Shown here piece by piece: positions 9,601 through 20,314 of a stretch of DNA of 64,000 bases. A program made the position numbers and the translations under genes. Source of the DNA: an uncultured Ruminococcus sp. (GTDB lineage Bacteria > Bacillota > Clostridia > Oscillospirales > Acutalibacteraceae); assembly GCA_902761345.1 (NCBI GenBank), contig CACWKD010000005.1, positions 15,892-79,891 on the forward strand. Reading direction: 5' to 3'. Under the pieces are notes generated by a model that worked only from the letters and a program-made list of their open reading frames with translations, was not told where the DNA came from and did no database searches. Numbering within the stretch: the stretch's first letter is position 1; every line of letters begins with the position of its first letter.

Positions 9601-9915
9601 CAGAATATCCCCACTGCACCCATAGTTCCCGATACTTCAACAGATACGTCAACAGACACTTCAACAGATTCCTCAACAGATACCGAAACAATAGAATACC
9701 TCGGCGATGTAAACGGTGATAATAAAGTTACGGCTAAGGACAGTATGCAGGTACAGAGATTTGTTATAAATCTTGCCAAACTTGACGAAAACCAAAAGAA
9801 GCTTGCAGACGTTGACGGTAACGGAAAAGTTACCAACGCAGACGCTTTGAGTATTCTGAGATACACTATTAAAGCAAATGTAAAATATCCTATCGGACAG
9901 GAAGTTACAGATTAA
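6700..9915 (+). CDS. Secreted BspA-type leucine-rich-repeat protein with Thr/Asp-rich linkers and a C-terminal dockerin
   Basis: RBS AAGGAGA. Signal peptide [24 protein letters not shown]. There are three blocks of LRR_5-like repeats ([49 protein letters not shown]). Linkers look like [14 protein letters not shown]. The dockerin is [56 protein letters not shown]. Confidence 0.85.
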   Translation: [1071 protein letters not shown]

Positions 9916-9931
9916 ATTTAACACAAAAATT

Positions 9932-9970
9932 AACTCCGGCTATGCTGCTGCACAGTCGGAGTTTTTTTAT
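9932..9970 (+). terminator. Rho-independent terminator after the LRR-dockerin gene
   Basis: ACTCCG...CGGAGT stem followed by TTTTTTTATT. Confidence 0.65.
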
Positions 9971-9982
9971 TGTTAATCAGCG

Positions 9983-11125
9983 TCATTCACCAGCCGGAAA
10001 ATAATCATTAAATAATATATTATAAACATATTTTTTATACAAATAGCTGTTCTTGTAATAATTATCACTCTCGGGGTCAAGCGAGAACCAATCGCCGTTT
10101 ATATATTTATAATATATATCGCCATTTGAAAGGTTTTGTATCATATCCCACTCGTTACAATTGACTAAATAAATCATACCAGCGTGGTCTTTAAGGTCAA
10201 CTATATCTGATAAAAAACGTATCAAAGTTTTCGCTGTCATACTCATAAACACGCATATTATCGGGCATAAAGAATTGAATCGCATGACCCGCTGCAACAT
10301 CGCCTGTTTCAGTCGGAAATTCACTTTGCAGTGAAACCGTAAGATCGCTTGTTATACCCGATATTGTATAAGTGCCGTCCTCGTTATCGGTAATATTTTC
10401 ATACTCTCCCGTAATTTCAAAATCGGGGTTTGCTTCTTTTACCTCAAAAGTAAGCTCCTTCTTTTCAGCGTCTTTATGCCATATACGTTTGCCCTCTTTA
10501 AAGCTGCAAAGCAGTATATTCCCTGTATACACGGTATCGTCTGAATTTATGCCGTCACAATCAGCAATAAAGCCGTTTGTTACAAATTCCACATAATAAC
10601 CGCCAATGCAGCCCTCGTCAGGATATTCAAATCCTACAGAAACGGAAAGATCGCCTGTAATACCGGTTATTACATAATAATCGTAATTATCATCAAAATA
10701 ATTGTCAACATATTCCTCGTTACCGTCCTTAATGCCTTTAAGCGCGTCATATTTTCCATGGATAGAAATATACATACCGACATCACTGTCCTTGTCCTCT
10801 TCTATGGAAAATACAAAATCCTTTTTCTCGGCTTCGTCACGTGACCCGCCAGTATAATTTATATCATCGGTATAAACAACACCGTCCTCGTTTATCGGAT
10901 TACCGTCGTGTATAACAGTAATGCCGTCCTCTCATTTAAATGTAATACGGTGACCTGTGACAAAACCAACGCCATTTATTGGGGCTTCGTCAAAATTGTC
11001 GTTTTCCCCCGCTGATACACTCGGTTGAAACTCCGCAGCGCTTGCTTTTGTTGCCGTACCGGTAAAAGAGAACATCATACAAGATACCAACAGCAGAGAA
11101 AGCATTTTTTCATTTGTTTACTCAT
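9983..11125 (-). pseudogene. Decayed gene for a secreted repeat protein, paralogous to 11570..12792
   Basis: The N-terminus reads MSKQMKK, then a T6 run at 11105-11110 shifts the frame relative to the signal peptide MLSLLLVSCMMFSFTGTATKASA. There is an in-frame TGA at 10932-10934 (..HRITFK*EDGITV..). A second frameshift sits at the A6 run 10212-10217, joining ORF 10197..10775 to ORF 9983..10324. Confidence 0.7.
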
Positions 11126-11244
11126 TTTCTACACTCCTTTTTTGATTTTAATAATCCTTATATTAATTAGACACAGCACCCTGCGTTTTTTTCGCAGTAA
11201 TTTTTTTATATTTTTATATTTTTATAAATATCAAAATAAAACTT

Positions 11245-11516
<272 letters not shown>

Positions 11517-11518
11517 AA

Positions 11519-11550
11519 GGGGGAGAACATACTTTCTGTAATTCTCCCCC
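11519..11550 (-). terminator. GC-rich hairpin directly downstream of the 11570 gene end
   Basis: GGGGGAGAA (11519-11527) pairs with TTCTCCCCC (11542-11550). There is no clear U-tract on the minus strand. Confidence 0.4.
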
Positions 11551-11569
11551 TAATTGTAAATAGTTATTA

Positions 11570-12792
11570 TTAATCTTCCTGCTCTTCACCTATGGAATAC
11601 TTTACATTCTGATTAACCGTGTATCTCAATATACTCATAGCGTCTGCATTTGTCACCTTACCGTTACCGTCAACGTCTGCTAACTGTTTTTGCGTATCAT
11701 CAAGATTTGAAAGATTAACAGCATATCTCTGAATAAGCATACTGTCCTTAGCGGTTGCCTTGCTGTCGCCGTTTATGTCGCCGAGGTACTTTTTACTCGG
11801 CTTTTTCTCGTCCTTATTATCCTTAGACGCATCGTCAACAGTTTTAATTTCACTCGGGTTGTAATCTGTAATTACCTCGATAGTAATATCCTCAGAGATA
11901 CCGATCACCTCGTAAACACCGTTGCCGAAGTAGTTCATATGATCGTATTCGCCGTCAAAGTTAAACTTAGTAAGACCATTGGTGCTGTCCTCGATCTTAA
12001 ACTTGATCGCTCCGTCACCGTCACCATAGATCTCCTTACTCTTATCGATCCAAGTAAGCTCTCCTACCTCGGGATCGCCGATATTCTCTTCATCAACCTT
12101 GTTGCCCTTGCTATCTACGAAGTAGCCGTCTGATTCTACCCATACAGAAGGCGCTTTGTATGAATCAACGCTGAAACCGTCTTCTACTTGTACACCGTCA
12201 ACCTCTACATATGCGCCGTTTGTAACAAAGGTTACACTGTATACGCCTTCATTTTCGCCCTGTTCTGCTGATGTTAATGTTTCGTCGGAAGCTACATCAT
12301 CGCCGATCTCTTCGTCCTCATCACCGTGCAAACCATAATAATCAAATATTTCTACGGTAATATTCTCGGAGATACCCAAAATCTTATAGTTACCGTCACC
12401 ATCGTAACCCATATAGTCGTAATCACCGTCGATTTTAAATCCGGGATTACCCTCTTCAAGGTGGAACACAACAGCACCGTCGCCGTCACCGTGGATTTCC
12501 TTATCGTTATCTACCCAGGAAATAGGAGCTTTCTCCGGATTGCCCAACTCATCATCGGAGCTTTTGTTGAAACAACTGTTTCGCCGTCTGCAACCGTTTT
12601 GCCGTTGTACTCCACATTTACACCGTTAGTGATAAAAGTAACGTTGTAACCCTCTACCTGCACAACCTGTCCTTCCGAATACTGACCCTCTTCAGCCTCC
12701 AATGCTTTAGCCGTTACTGTCGGGTATACTGCCTATAACAACATACAGCATACAAGCACCTTGGAAATCATTTTCTTCATTTCTTTGCTCAT
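11570..12792 (-). pseudogene. Decayed dockerin-bearing secreted repeat protein
   Basis: The N-terminus MSKEMKKMISKVLVCCMLL is followed by an in-frame TAG at 12733-12735. A 1-nt frameshift near 12548-12560 separates ORF 12511..12702 from ORF 11570..12547. There is an internal duplicated module (..WVDNDKEIHGDGDGAVVF.. and ..WIDKSKEIYGDGDGAIKF..). The C-terminal dockerin is [56 protein letters not shown]. Confidence 0.75.
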
Positions 12793-12860
12793 TTTTAAAA
12801 CACTCCTTTTTTTATTTAGCTTGTAAAAGCTTTCTATAAGATAGACACCGCAAATGGAAA

Positions 12861-12904
12861 AATTTCTAAAACTTTTTAAAAATTTTTCAAAAGTTTTAGA
12901 AATT
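12861..12904. repeat. Perfect 16-bp AT-rich inverted repeat with a 12-nt spacer
   Basis: AATTTCTAAAACTTTT (12861-12876), spacer TAAAAATTTTTC, then AAAAGTTTTAGAAATT (12889-12904), followed by ATTTTTTT. It lies between the serpin stop and the start of the 11570..12792 gene. Confidence 0.7.
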
Positions 12905-13101
12905 ATTTTTTTGAAAGCTTTTATTATCTTGTAATTGATATTATCAACGCATTATGAAAAGCAAATGAAAAAACACTGAGTTATAAGTGATAATACATAC
13001 CAATATTCAAAGGAGTATTTTGTAAATATTTAACAATAGGTATAAAAATATCCTCTTATCTACATAGCTACGGAGAATAAGTTTGAAATTATTATATGAT
13101 T

Positions 13102-14481
13102 TTATATGTTTTCGGACTGTTTTTTCTTAGAGCGTTTTTTTATAAGAATTATCGTAACAAATACTACACAAATGAGAATTATAGCGGCGATAAGGGCAAC
13201 TACAACTCCTCTAAAATTAGAACTTTTAACTATACTTGATGTAAAATCGCCTTTTGGCTGTAAATCTGCCGACAATTCACAAACTGTACCTATAAACAAA
13301 GGCTGACTGTTTAACGTGTCATAAATCATAAATATAAAAGGTCTGTCGAGGTATATTTCAATTTCTTCCCAAGGTTGGGCAGCTCCGTAGACTATATCGT
13401 CATAAACAGTTACCGCCTCTGCCTTTGTACCGTTTTCGTCAAGCCTGATGTGCGTTTTTTGTTTAACATTACTTATATAAGTGTTTTTATCTGTACTCGG
13501 TGCAAGCTGTGAGAAATCTGCTTTAGAGAAATCAAAAGCTTCAACCATTCCCATTTTTCTTAACGTATCATTGAGAATAAGATCGTTATTAAATTCAAAT
13601 TTCGGTATTCTTGTATATACGTCCGCCCAATTAGAGTTATTCAGAAGATTATTGATCGTACTGCCGTCCATAGTTTCAATATACTTATCAATACCTACGT
13701 CCTCATTTGGAAGAATTGCAATAAACTCATAGTCGCCTTTATACGGTCTTGTAAAAGCAACAGCTTTATCATCACTATAATATGTGTCTAATGTATCACA
13801 CAGGAAATCAGCCTCGTATGTTGAACCGTCATAATTATTAAACGGAAACGATCTGATTTGACTATCTGTATACTTATCCTCCCACTCACCGTAAAAAGCA
13901 ACGGCATTCAGCAATACAGAATTTGTTTCTTCATTTATATCATCATTACCGACAATATCCTTTATCGCACCGTTTGTATTGTCCGACGCCCAGTTGTTGA
14001 TACGATTAATTGTGGAATTATCCGGCGGCGCTTGAAAAACCTCGGCATAATAAAAGTTCTTAGCCGTTTTAACAAAGCCGTTATTGATCTTGATGTCATC
14101 TCTGTCTGAGAAATAAACGCAGTTAGCCATATTGACAATTTTGTCATTTGAGATAGATTGCATATAATTCTTGAAATAATTATTCAAGTCGTCCTGAGTA
14201 ATATTTTCATCACCGCCTTGCAGCATAGAGAGTATCTCACTCTGAGTTTGATTTGCAGCTCCGTTATCAAGCATTGCAGTATCTGTGTATAGAGAAAGAG
14301 GTGATACTATCATATTTTTTCCAATATTACCCTGTTGATAGGTATGCTTGAACAACTCCGAGCTAAAATTACCTATTGCCCGACTTACATTATTGTCCTC
14401 GTCCGCACTTGTTGTGATTGAGATAGACAATACCGAAAAAACAAGATAACAGGCAAGCAGAACGGATATAGTTTTTTTCAT
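13102..14481 (-). CDS. Serpin-family protease inhibitor with an N-terminal signal peptide and a C-terminal transmembrane anchor
   Basis: Signal peptide MKKTISVLLACYLVFSVLSISITTSA. Serpin core motifs are VSPLSLYTDTAMLDNGAANQTQSEIL, a hinge-like NGTKAEAVTV, and LDRPFIFMIYD..PLFIGTV. The C-terminus is VVVALIAAIILICVVFVTIILIKKRSKKK. RBS AAAGGAGTGA. Confidence 0.85.
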   Translation of the reverse strand: MKKTISVLLACYLVFSVLSISITTSADEDNNVSRAIGNFSSELFKHTYQQGNIGKNMIVSPLSLYTDTAMLDNGAANQTQSEILSMLQGGDENITQDDLNNYFKNYMQSISNDKIVNMANCVYFSDRDDIKINNGFVKTAKNFYYAEVFQAPPDNSTINRINNWASDNTNGAIKDIVGNDDINEETNSVLLNAVAFYGEWEDKYTDSQIRSFPFNNYDGSTYEADFLCDTLDTYYSDDKAVAFTRPYKGDYEFIAILPNEDVGIDKYIETMDGSTINNLLNNSNWADVYTRIPKFEFNNDLILNDTLRKMGMVEAFDFSKADFSQLAPSTDKNTYISNVKQKTHIRLDENGTKAEAVTVYDDIVYGAAQPWEEIEIYLDRPFIFMIYDTLNSQPLFIGTVCELSADLQPKGDFTSSIVKSSNFRGVVVALIAAIILICVVFVTIILIKKRSKKKQSENI

Positions 14482-14572
14482 TGAAAATCACTCCTTTATT
14501 TACGTTGGTATAATAATTGTTAATTAAACACAATAAATACAATCTAATCAAAGTATTTTTATCCATTAATTA

Positions 14573-14601
14573 ATTATACCATATCACAGCAATTTAATCA
14601 A
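14573..14601 (-). promoter_or_regulatory. Sigma-A type promoter for the serpin gene
   Basis: The minus strand reads TTGATT, 17 nt, TATAAT, with an extended -10 TGgTATAAT. It lies about 90 nt upstream of the start codon. Confidence 0.6.
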
Positions 14602-14613
14602 TAGAATAATTTC

Positions 14614-14843
14614 ATAGTAAACGTCATAGAAAAGATCCTATTGTACTTTAGTGGTTAGTATGCTACAGATCAAAGTTATTAGTTCAAAGTTCAAAGACTT
14701 AAACTTAACAAAATATAAATTTAAAGCCGAACGGCTTTCCGCTATTATTCACTATTCATTATTCAATCTTCATTATTCATTAATTCTAATTTCAAAATTG
14801 TACATTAGGTCAAAAATTATGTCGTCAATTATAATACTAACTC
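14614..14843 (+). repeat. Copy of the heptamer-array intergenic repeat family
   Basis: ATAGTAAACGTCATAGAAAAG, TTCAAAGTTCAAAG, AAAGCCGAACGGCTTTCCGCTATTATTCACTATTCATTATTCAATCTTCATTATTCATTA, TACATTAGGTCAAAAATTATG. It is collinear with 11245-11516. Confidence 0.85.
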
Positions 14844-14877
14844 CAAAAAAATCCCCCTGCCCATACGGACAAGGGGA
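14844..14877 (-). terminator. Rho-independent terminator of tuf
   Basis: The minus strand reads CCCCTTGTCCGTATGGGCAGGGGGA followed by TTTTTTT. Confidence 0.8.
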
Positions 14878-14903
14878 ATTATTATGCAATTCTATGAAAG
14901 AAA

Positions 14904-16106
<1,203 letters not shown>

Positions 16107-16197
16107 TGGAAAATCACTCCTTTTTAAATTCATTAAATATATAATAGCAAGTTTTCAGGAAAATTGCAACACCTTTTTATAAATTTTGTGAAAAATA

Positions 16198-18297
16198 TTA
16201 GTCAGCCTTCTTGCGGCTTGTCATAATAGCTTCACCGATGTTCTTCGGAACTTCCTGATATGTGTCAGGCTCCATTACGTACTGGCCACGTCCCTGTGTC
16301 TCGGAACGGAGGTCTGTTGCGTAACCGAACATCTCAGACAGCGGAACATTAGAAGTAATTCTTGATGTACCGTTCTCTGTTTCCATGCTTCTGATCATAC
16401 CACGGCGTGAGGTAAGGTCACCGATAACATCACCCATGTAATCCTCAGGAACAATTACGTTTACCTTCATGAGAGGCTCGAGAAGAATTGGCTGTGCCTT
16501 CTTCATAGCTTCCTTAAACGCCATAGAACCGGCGATCTTAAATGCCATTTCGGAGGAGTCAACCTCGTGATATGAACCATCATAAAGTGTAACCTTTACG
16601 TCAACTACATTGTAGTTAGCGAGAACACCGCACTGCATAGCGCCCTGGATACCTGCGTCAACTGCAGGAATATACTCCTTCGGGATAGCGCCGCCGACAA
16701 CGGAGTTCACAAACTCGTAGCCCTTGCCCGGGTTTGGTTCAAGCTTGATCTTAACATGACCATACTGACCCTTACCACCTGACTGACGTGCATACTTCTG
16801 GTCAACATCGGAATTGCCCTTGATTGTTTCCTTGTAAGCAACCTGTGGCTTACCTACTGTTGCCTCTACCTTGAACTCTCTGAGAAGTCTGTCAACAATA
16901 ATCTCAAGGTGAAGCTCACCCATACCTGCGATAATTGTCTGGCCTGTTTCCTCATCAGTATAAGCTTTGAATGTCGGGTCTTCCTCTGCAAGCTTTGCAA
17001 GAGCAATACCCATCTTCTCCTGACCTGCCTTTGTCTTAGGCTCGATTGCAACACGGATAACCGGCTCCGGGAACTCCATAGACTCAAGGATTACGGGGTT
17101 CTTCTCGTCACAAAGTGTATCGCCTGTTGTTGTAGTCTTAAGACCGATTGCGCCTGCGATATCGCCTGCGTAGCAAGTCTGAATATCTGTTCTTGAATTA
17201 GCGTGAAGCTGTACGATACGGCCGATACGCTCATTCTTGTCCTTTGTTGAGTTATAAACTGTTGTACCTGCATCTACGCTGCCCGAATATACTCTGAAGA
17301 AGCAAAGCTTTCCTACAAACGGGTCTGTTGCGATCTTAAATGCAAGCGCCGAGAACGGCTCTGTATCTGATGCGTGTCTTTCGATTTCCTCTTCTGTCTC
17401 GGGGTTTACGCCCTTGATAGCAGGAATATCTGTCGGAGCAGGCATATAATCAATGATAGCGTCCAGAAGCTTCTGAACACCCTTGTTACGGTAAGATGTA
17501 CCGCAAGTTACGGGAACCATTGTGTTGTCTATTGTTGCCTTACGAATAACGGACTTGATCTCATCTATTGTAAGCTCCTCGCCGCCAAAGTACTTCTCCA
17601 TAAGCTCCTCATCAAGCTCTGCAACAGACTCGATAAGCTTCTCATGGTACTCCTCAGCGATGTCCTTCATATCCTCGGGGATTTCTTCCTCTCTCATATC
17701 CTTACCGAGATCGTCGTAGTAGATCTCAGCCTTCATAGTTACGAGGTCTATGATACCCTTAAAGGTATCCTCTGAACCGATAGGAAGCTGTATCGGAACA
17801 GCATTACATTTTAAGCGATCCTTCATCATCTGTACAACTCTGTAGAAGTCTGCGCCCATGATATCCATCTTGTTGACATATACCATACGCGGAACCTTGT
17901 AGTTGTCAGCCTGACGCCATACAGTCTCAGACTGTGGCTCAACACCGCCCTTTGCACAAAGAACTGTTACAGAACCGTCGAGAACTCTCAAAGAACGCTC
18001 AACTTCTACTGTAAAGTCAACGTGTCCGGGTGTGTCAATTATATTGATACGGTGCTTGTCATACTGGTGCTCGCTGCCCTGCCAGTAGCAAGTTGTAGCA
18101 GCGGAAGTAATTGTGATACCTCTCTCTTTTTCCTGAGCCATCCAGTCCATTGTTGAAGCACCTTCGTGTGTTTCACCAATCTTGTGGTTGATACCTGTAT
18201 AGAATAGGATACGCTCTGTCGTTGTTGTTTTACCGGCGTCGATGTGAGCCATGATACCGATATTACGAGTTTTTTCAAGTGAAACTTCTCTTGGCAT
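16198..18297 (-). CDS. fusA: Elongation factor G
   Basis: [50 protein letters not shown], 699 aa. It sits in the canonical position between rpsG and tuf. Confidence 0.97.
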   Translation of the reverse strand: MPREVSLEKTRNIGIMAHIDAGKTTTTERILFYTGINHKIGETHEGASTMDWMAQEKERGITITSAATTCYWQGSEHQYDKHRINIIDTPGHVDFTVEVERSLRVLDGSVTVLCAKGGVEPQSETVWRQADNYKVPRMVYVNKMDIMGADFYRVVQMMKDRLKCNAVPIQLPIGSEDTFKGIIDLVTMKAEIYYDDLGKDMREEEIPEDMKDIAEEYHEKLIESVAELDEELMEKYFGGEELTIDEIKSVIRKATIDNTMVPVTCGTSYRNKGVQKLLDAIIDYMPAPTDIPAIKGVNPETEEEIERHASDTEPFSALAFKIATDPFVGKLCFFRVYSGSVDAGTTVYNSTKDKNERIGRIVQLHANSRTDIQTCYAGDIAGAIGLKTTTTGDTLCDEKNPVILESMEFPEPVIRVAIEPKTKAGQEKMGIALAKLAEEDPTFKAYTDEETGQTIIAGMGELHLEIIVDRLLREFKVEATVGKPQVAYKETIKGNSDVDQKYARQSGGKGQYGHVKIKLEPNPGKGYEFVNSVVGGAIPKEYIPAVDAGIQGAMQCGVLANYNVVDVKVTLYDGSYHEVDSSEMAFKIAGSMAFKEAMKKAQPILLEPLMKVNVIVPEDYMGDVIGDLTSRRGMIRSMETENGTSRITSNVPLSEMFGYATDLRSETQGRGQYVMEPDTYQEVPKNIGEAIMTSRKKAD

Positions 18298-18315
18298 AGT
18301 ATCCTCCTATTATTA

Positions 18316-18786
18316 TTACCATCTGAAATGTGCGAAAGCCTTGTTTGCTTCTGCCATCTTGTGTGTATCGTCACGCTTCTTAGCTGCGCCGCCTGCACCG
18401 TTGATTGCATCAAGAATTTCGCCTGCAAGTCTTTCCTTCATAGTCTTCTCAGAACGCAGTCTGGAATACTTTGAGATCCAGCGAAGACCTAATGTCTGTC
18501 TTCTCTCAGGTCTAACCTCCATAGGTACCTGATAGTTGGCACCGCCGACACGGCGTGTCTTTGTTTCGAGTACAGGCATTACGTTCTCCATAGCCTCCTC
18601 GAAAACCTCAAGCGGATCTCTTCCTGTCTTTTCCTGTACAATATCAAAAGCACCGTAAACGATCTTCTGAGCTACGCCCTTCTTACCGTCATACATGATG
18701 TTGTTGATAAGACGTGTAACAAGCTTTGAGTTGTAGATAGGATCTGCTAAAACATCTCTCTTAGCGATTGAACCTCTTCTTGGCAT
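18316..18786 (-). CDS. rpsG: 30S ribosomal protein S7
   Basis: [31 protein letters not shown]..., ending ..AFAHFRW, 156 aa. Confidence 0.97.
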   Translation of the reverse strand: MPRRGSIAKRDVLADPIYNSKLVTRLINNIMYDGKKGVAQKIVYGAFDIVQEKTGRDPLEVFEEAMENVMPVLETKTRRVGGANYQVPMEVRPERRQTLGLRWISKYSRLRSEKTMKERLAGEILDAINGAGGAAKKRDDTHKMAEANKAFAHFRW

Positions 18787-18938
18787 CTTAACTTCCCTCC
18801 TTCATAATTTATAATGATCTCATAGGTACTCGAAAGTGACAAACTCCCGTGACCAATACAGAGGCGTATATATATAAAACGCTCCGTATTGAGCAGCATA
18901 CTCTCTTAAAAACAGTTTTTAAGAATTTGTCTTTCCTT

Positions 18939-19358
18939 TTACTTACCTGCTTTCGGACGCTTAGCGCCGTACTTTGAACGTGCCTGCATACGCTTTGCAA
19001 CACCCTGTGCGTCGAGTGTACCTCTGATGATGTGGTAACGAACACCGGGGAGGTCCTTAACACGTCCGCCTCTGATGAGAACTACGCTGTGCTCCTGCAG
19101 GTTATGACCAACGCCCGGAATGTATGATGATACTTCTATTCCGTTTGAAAGTCTTACTCTGGCGATCTTTCTGAGAGCTGAGTTAGGCTTCTTAGGTGTA
19201 GCTGTCTTAACTGCTGTGCATACGCCTCTCTTCTGTGGTGAACTCTGGTCGATTGCGCGACGCTTCTTTGAGTTCCAGCCCTTCAAGAGAGCAGGTGCCT
19301 TTGCCTTCTTCTCAGATACTTCTCTGCCCTTTCTAACAAGTTGGTTAAAGGTTGGCAT
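18939..19358 (-). CDS. rpsL: 30S ribosomal protein S12. The start is at MPTFNQL, internal to ORF 18939..19415.
   Basis: [13 protein letters not shown]...[49 protein letters not shown]. Confidence 0.97.
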   Translation of the reverse strand: MPTFNQLVRKGREVSEKKAKAPALLKGWNSKKRRAIDQSSPQKRGVCTAVKTATPKKPNSALRKIARVRLSNGIEVSSYIPGVGHNLQEHSVVLIRGGRVKDLPGVRYHIIRGTLDAQGVAKRMQARSKYGAKRPKAGK

Positions 19359-19421
19359 TTCTTGCATTACTCCTTTCCTTAAAATTATGGGTACAAGGGT
19401 ATACTTTCCCCACATTTATTT

Positions 19422-19450
19422 ATTGTACAATATTGCAAATTAAAAGTCAA
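19422..19450 (-). promoter_or_regulatory. Sigma-A type promoter of the str operon
   Basis: The minus strand reads TTGACT, 17 nt, TACAAT, about 60 nt upstream of the rpsL start. Confidence 0.55.
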
Positions 19451-19546
19451 CAATTATTTTTCCCTAAAAACCAAAATTTATGTTTTTCTATATTATTGTC
19501 AATGATGACGTAATTTTATGCGGATTTTAGTATAAAATTACCCTAA

Positions 19547-20314
19547 TCAAACAAATTTTACCCCGTCCGTATCTCCTTGTATTACTTCAAATGTTATATC
19601 GGTAAACCTTTCGGACAGCTTCTTTGCAAGCGGTTTTATCACTACGTTCTCCGAGCCGAAATGCCCTAATATATATGCGGAAATATTATTCTCGTTTGCA
19701 AAAATTATCTCGTGGTGCTTTAACTCTCCCGTTACAAAAGCGTCGCAGCCGTCTGCCTTTGCCGTAAAAATCTCATCTCCGCCCGCGCCCGAACAAAATC
19801 CTACTTTATTTATCATTCTGCCGCCGTTTGTGTAAGCAATGCTGTCAAGTCCGATACTGTTTTTTACCGACACAGCAAACTCCTCCGCTGTCATCGCCTT
19901 TTCTGTATCCGCTGTAAAAAGCAATTCGCTCTTATCGCTAATCTTACAGTTTTTAAGCCCCATAGCAGAAGCAAGAGCCGTATTTACTCCAAACTCCTGT
20001 GATTTATCAAGGTTTGTATGAGCGCAAATTGCAGAAATCCCACTCTGCACAAGTTCGTAAAGTGCCGTACCTTTCATAACGCTCCTTACGGGTCTGAAAA
20101 TAACAGGGTGGTGGCTGATAATAAGCCGAGCGTTTATTTCCTCCGCTTTTTTTACAACAGCCGTTGTTATATCGAGCGCAAGCAGTACCCTTGTAATATT
20201 TTCGTTAGGGTCGCCTGCAAGTATACCGACATTGTCGTAGCCTTCTGCCGTATCGAAAGGCGCAAAGCTGTCTATGTAATCGTAAATTTCTTTAACCGTT
20301 GTCATCTGTATCAA
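19547..20314 (-). CDS. Nif3-like dinuclear metal centre protein (YqfO/NIF3 family)
   Basis: 255 aa, with LIISHHPVIFRP and CAHTNLD motifs. It overlaps and follows trmK, as in the Bacillus trmK-yqfO arrangement. Confidence 0.8.
   Translation of the reverse strand: MIQMTTVKEIYDYIDSFAPFDTAEGYDNVGILAGDPNENITRVLLALDITTAVVKKAEEINARLIISHHPVIFRPVRSVMKGTALYELVQSGISAICAHTNLDKSQEFGVNTALASAMGLKNCKISDKSELLFTADTEKAMTAEEFAVSVKNSIGLDSIAYTNGGRMINKVGFCSGAGGDEIFTAKADGCDAFVTGELKHHEIIFANENNISAYILGHFGSENVVIKPLAKKLSERFTDITFEVIQGDTDGVKFV

Noticed and set aside
8883-9866. 327-aa minus-strand ORF antisense to the LRR-dockerin gene. Similar antisense ORFs occur at 2361-3590, 8139-8609, 22901-23488, 36856-37872, 40802-41500 and 49147-49680.
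   Set aside because: Each is fully contained in a well-supported gene on the opposite strand. Their translations are low-complexity or implausible, they lack an RBS, and they carry no recognisable motifs.
12511-12702. Treating ORFs 12511..12702 and 9983..10324 as independent small genes
   Set aside because: Each continues, after a 1-nt shift, the reading frame of the neighbouring larger ORF. Each also matches the internal repeat of the paralogue, so they are fragments of frameshifted genes.
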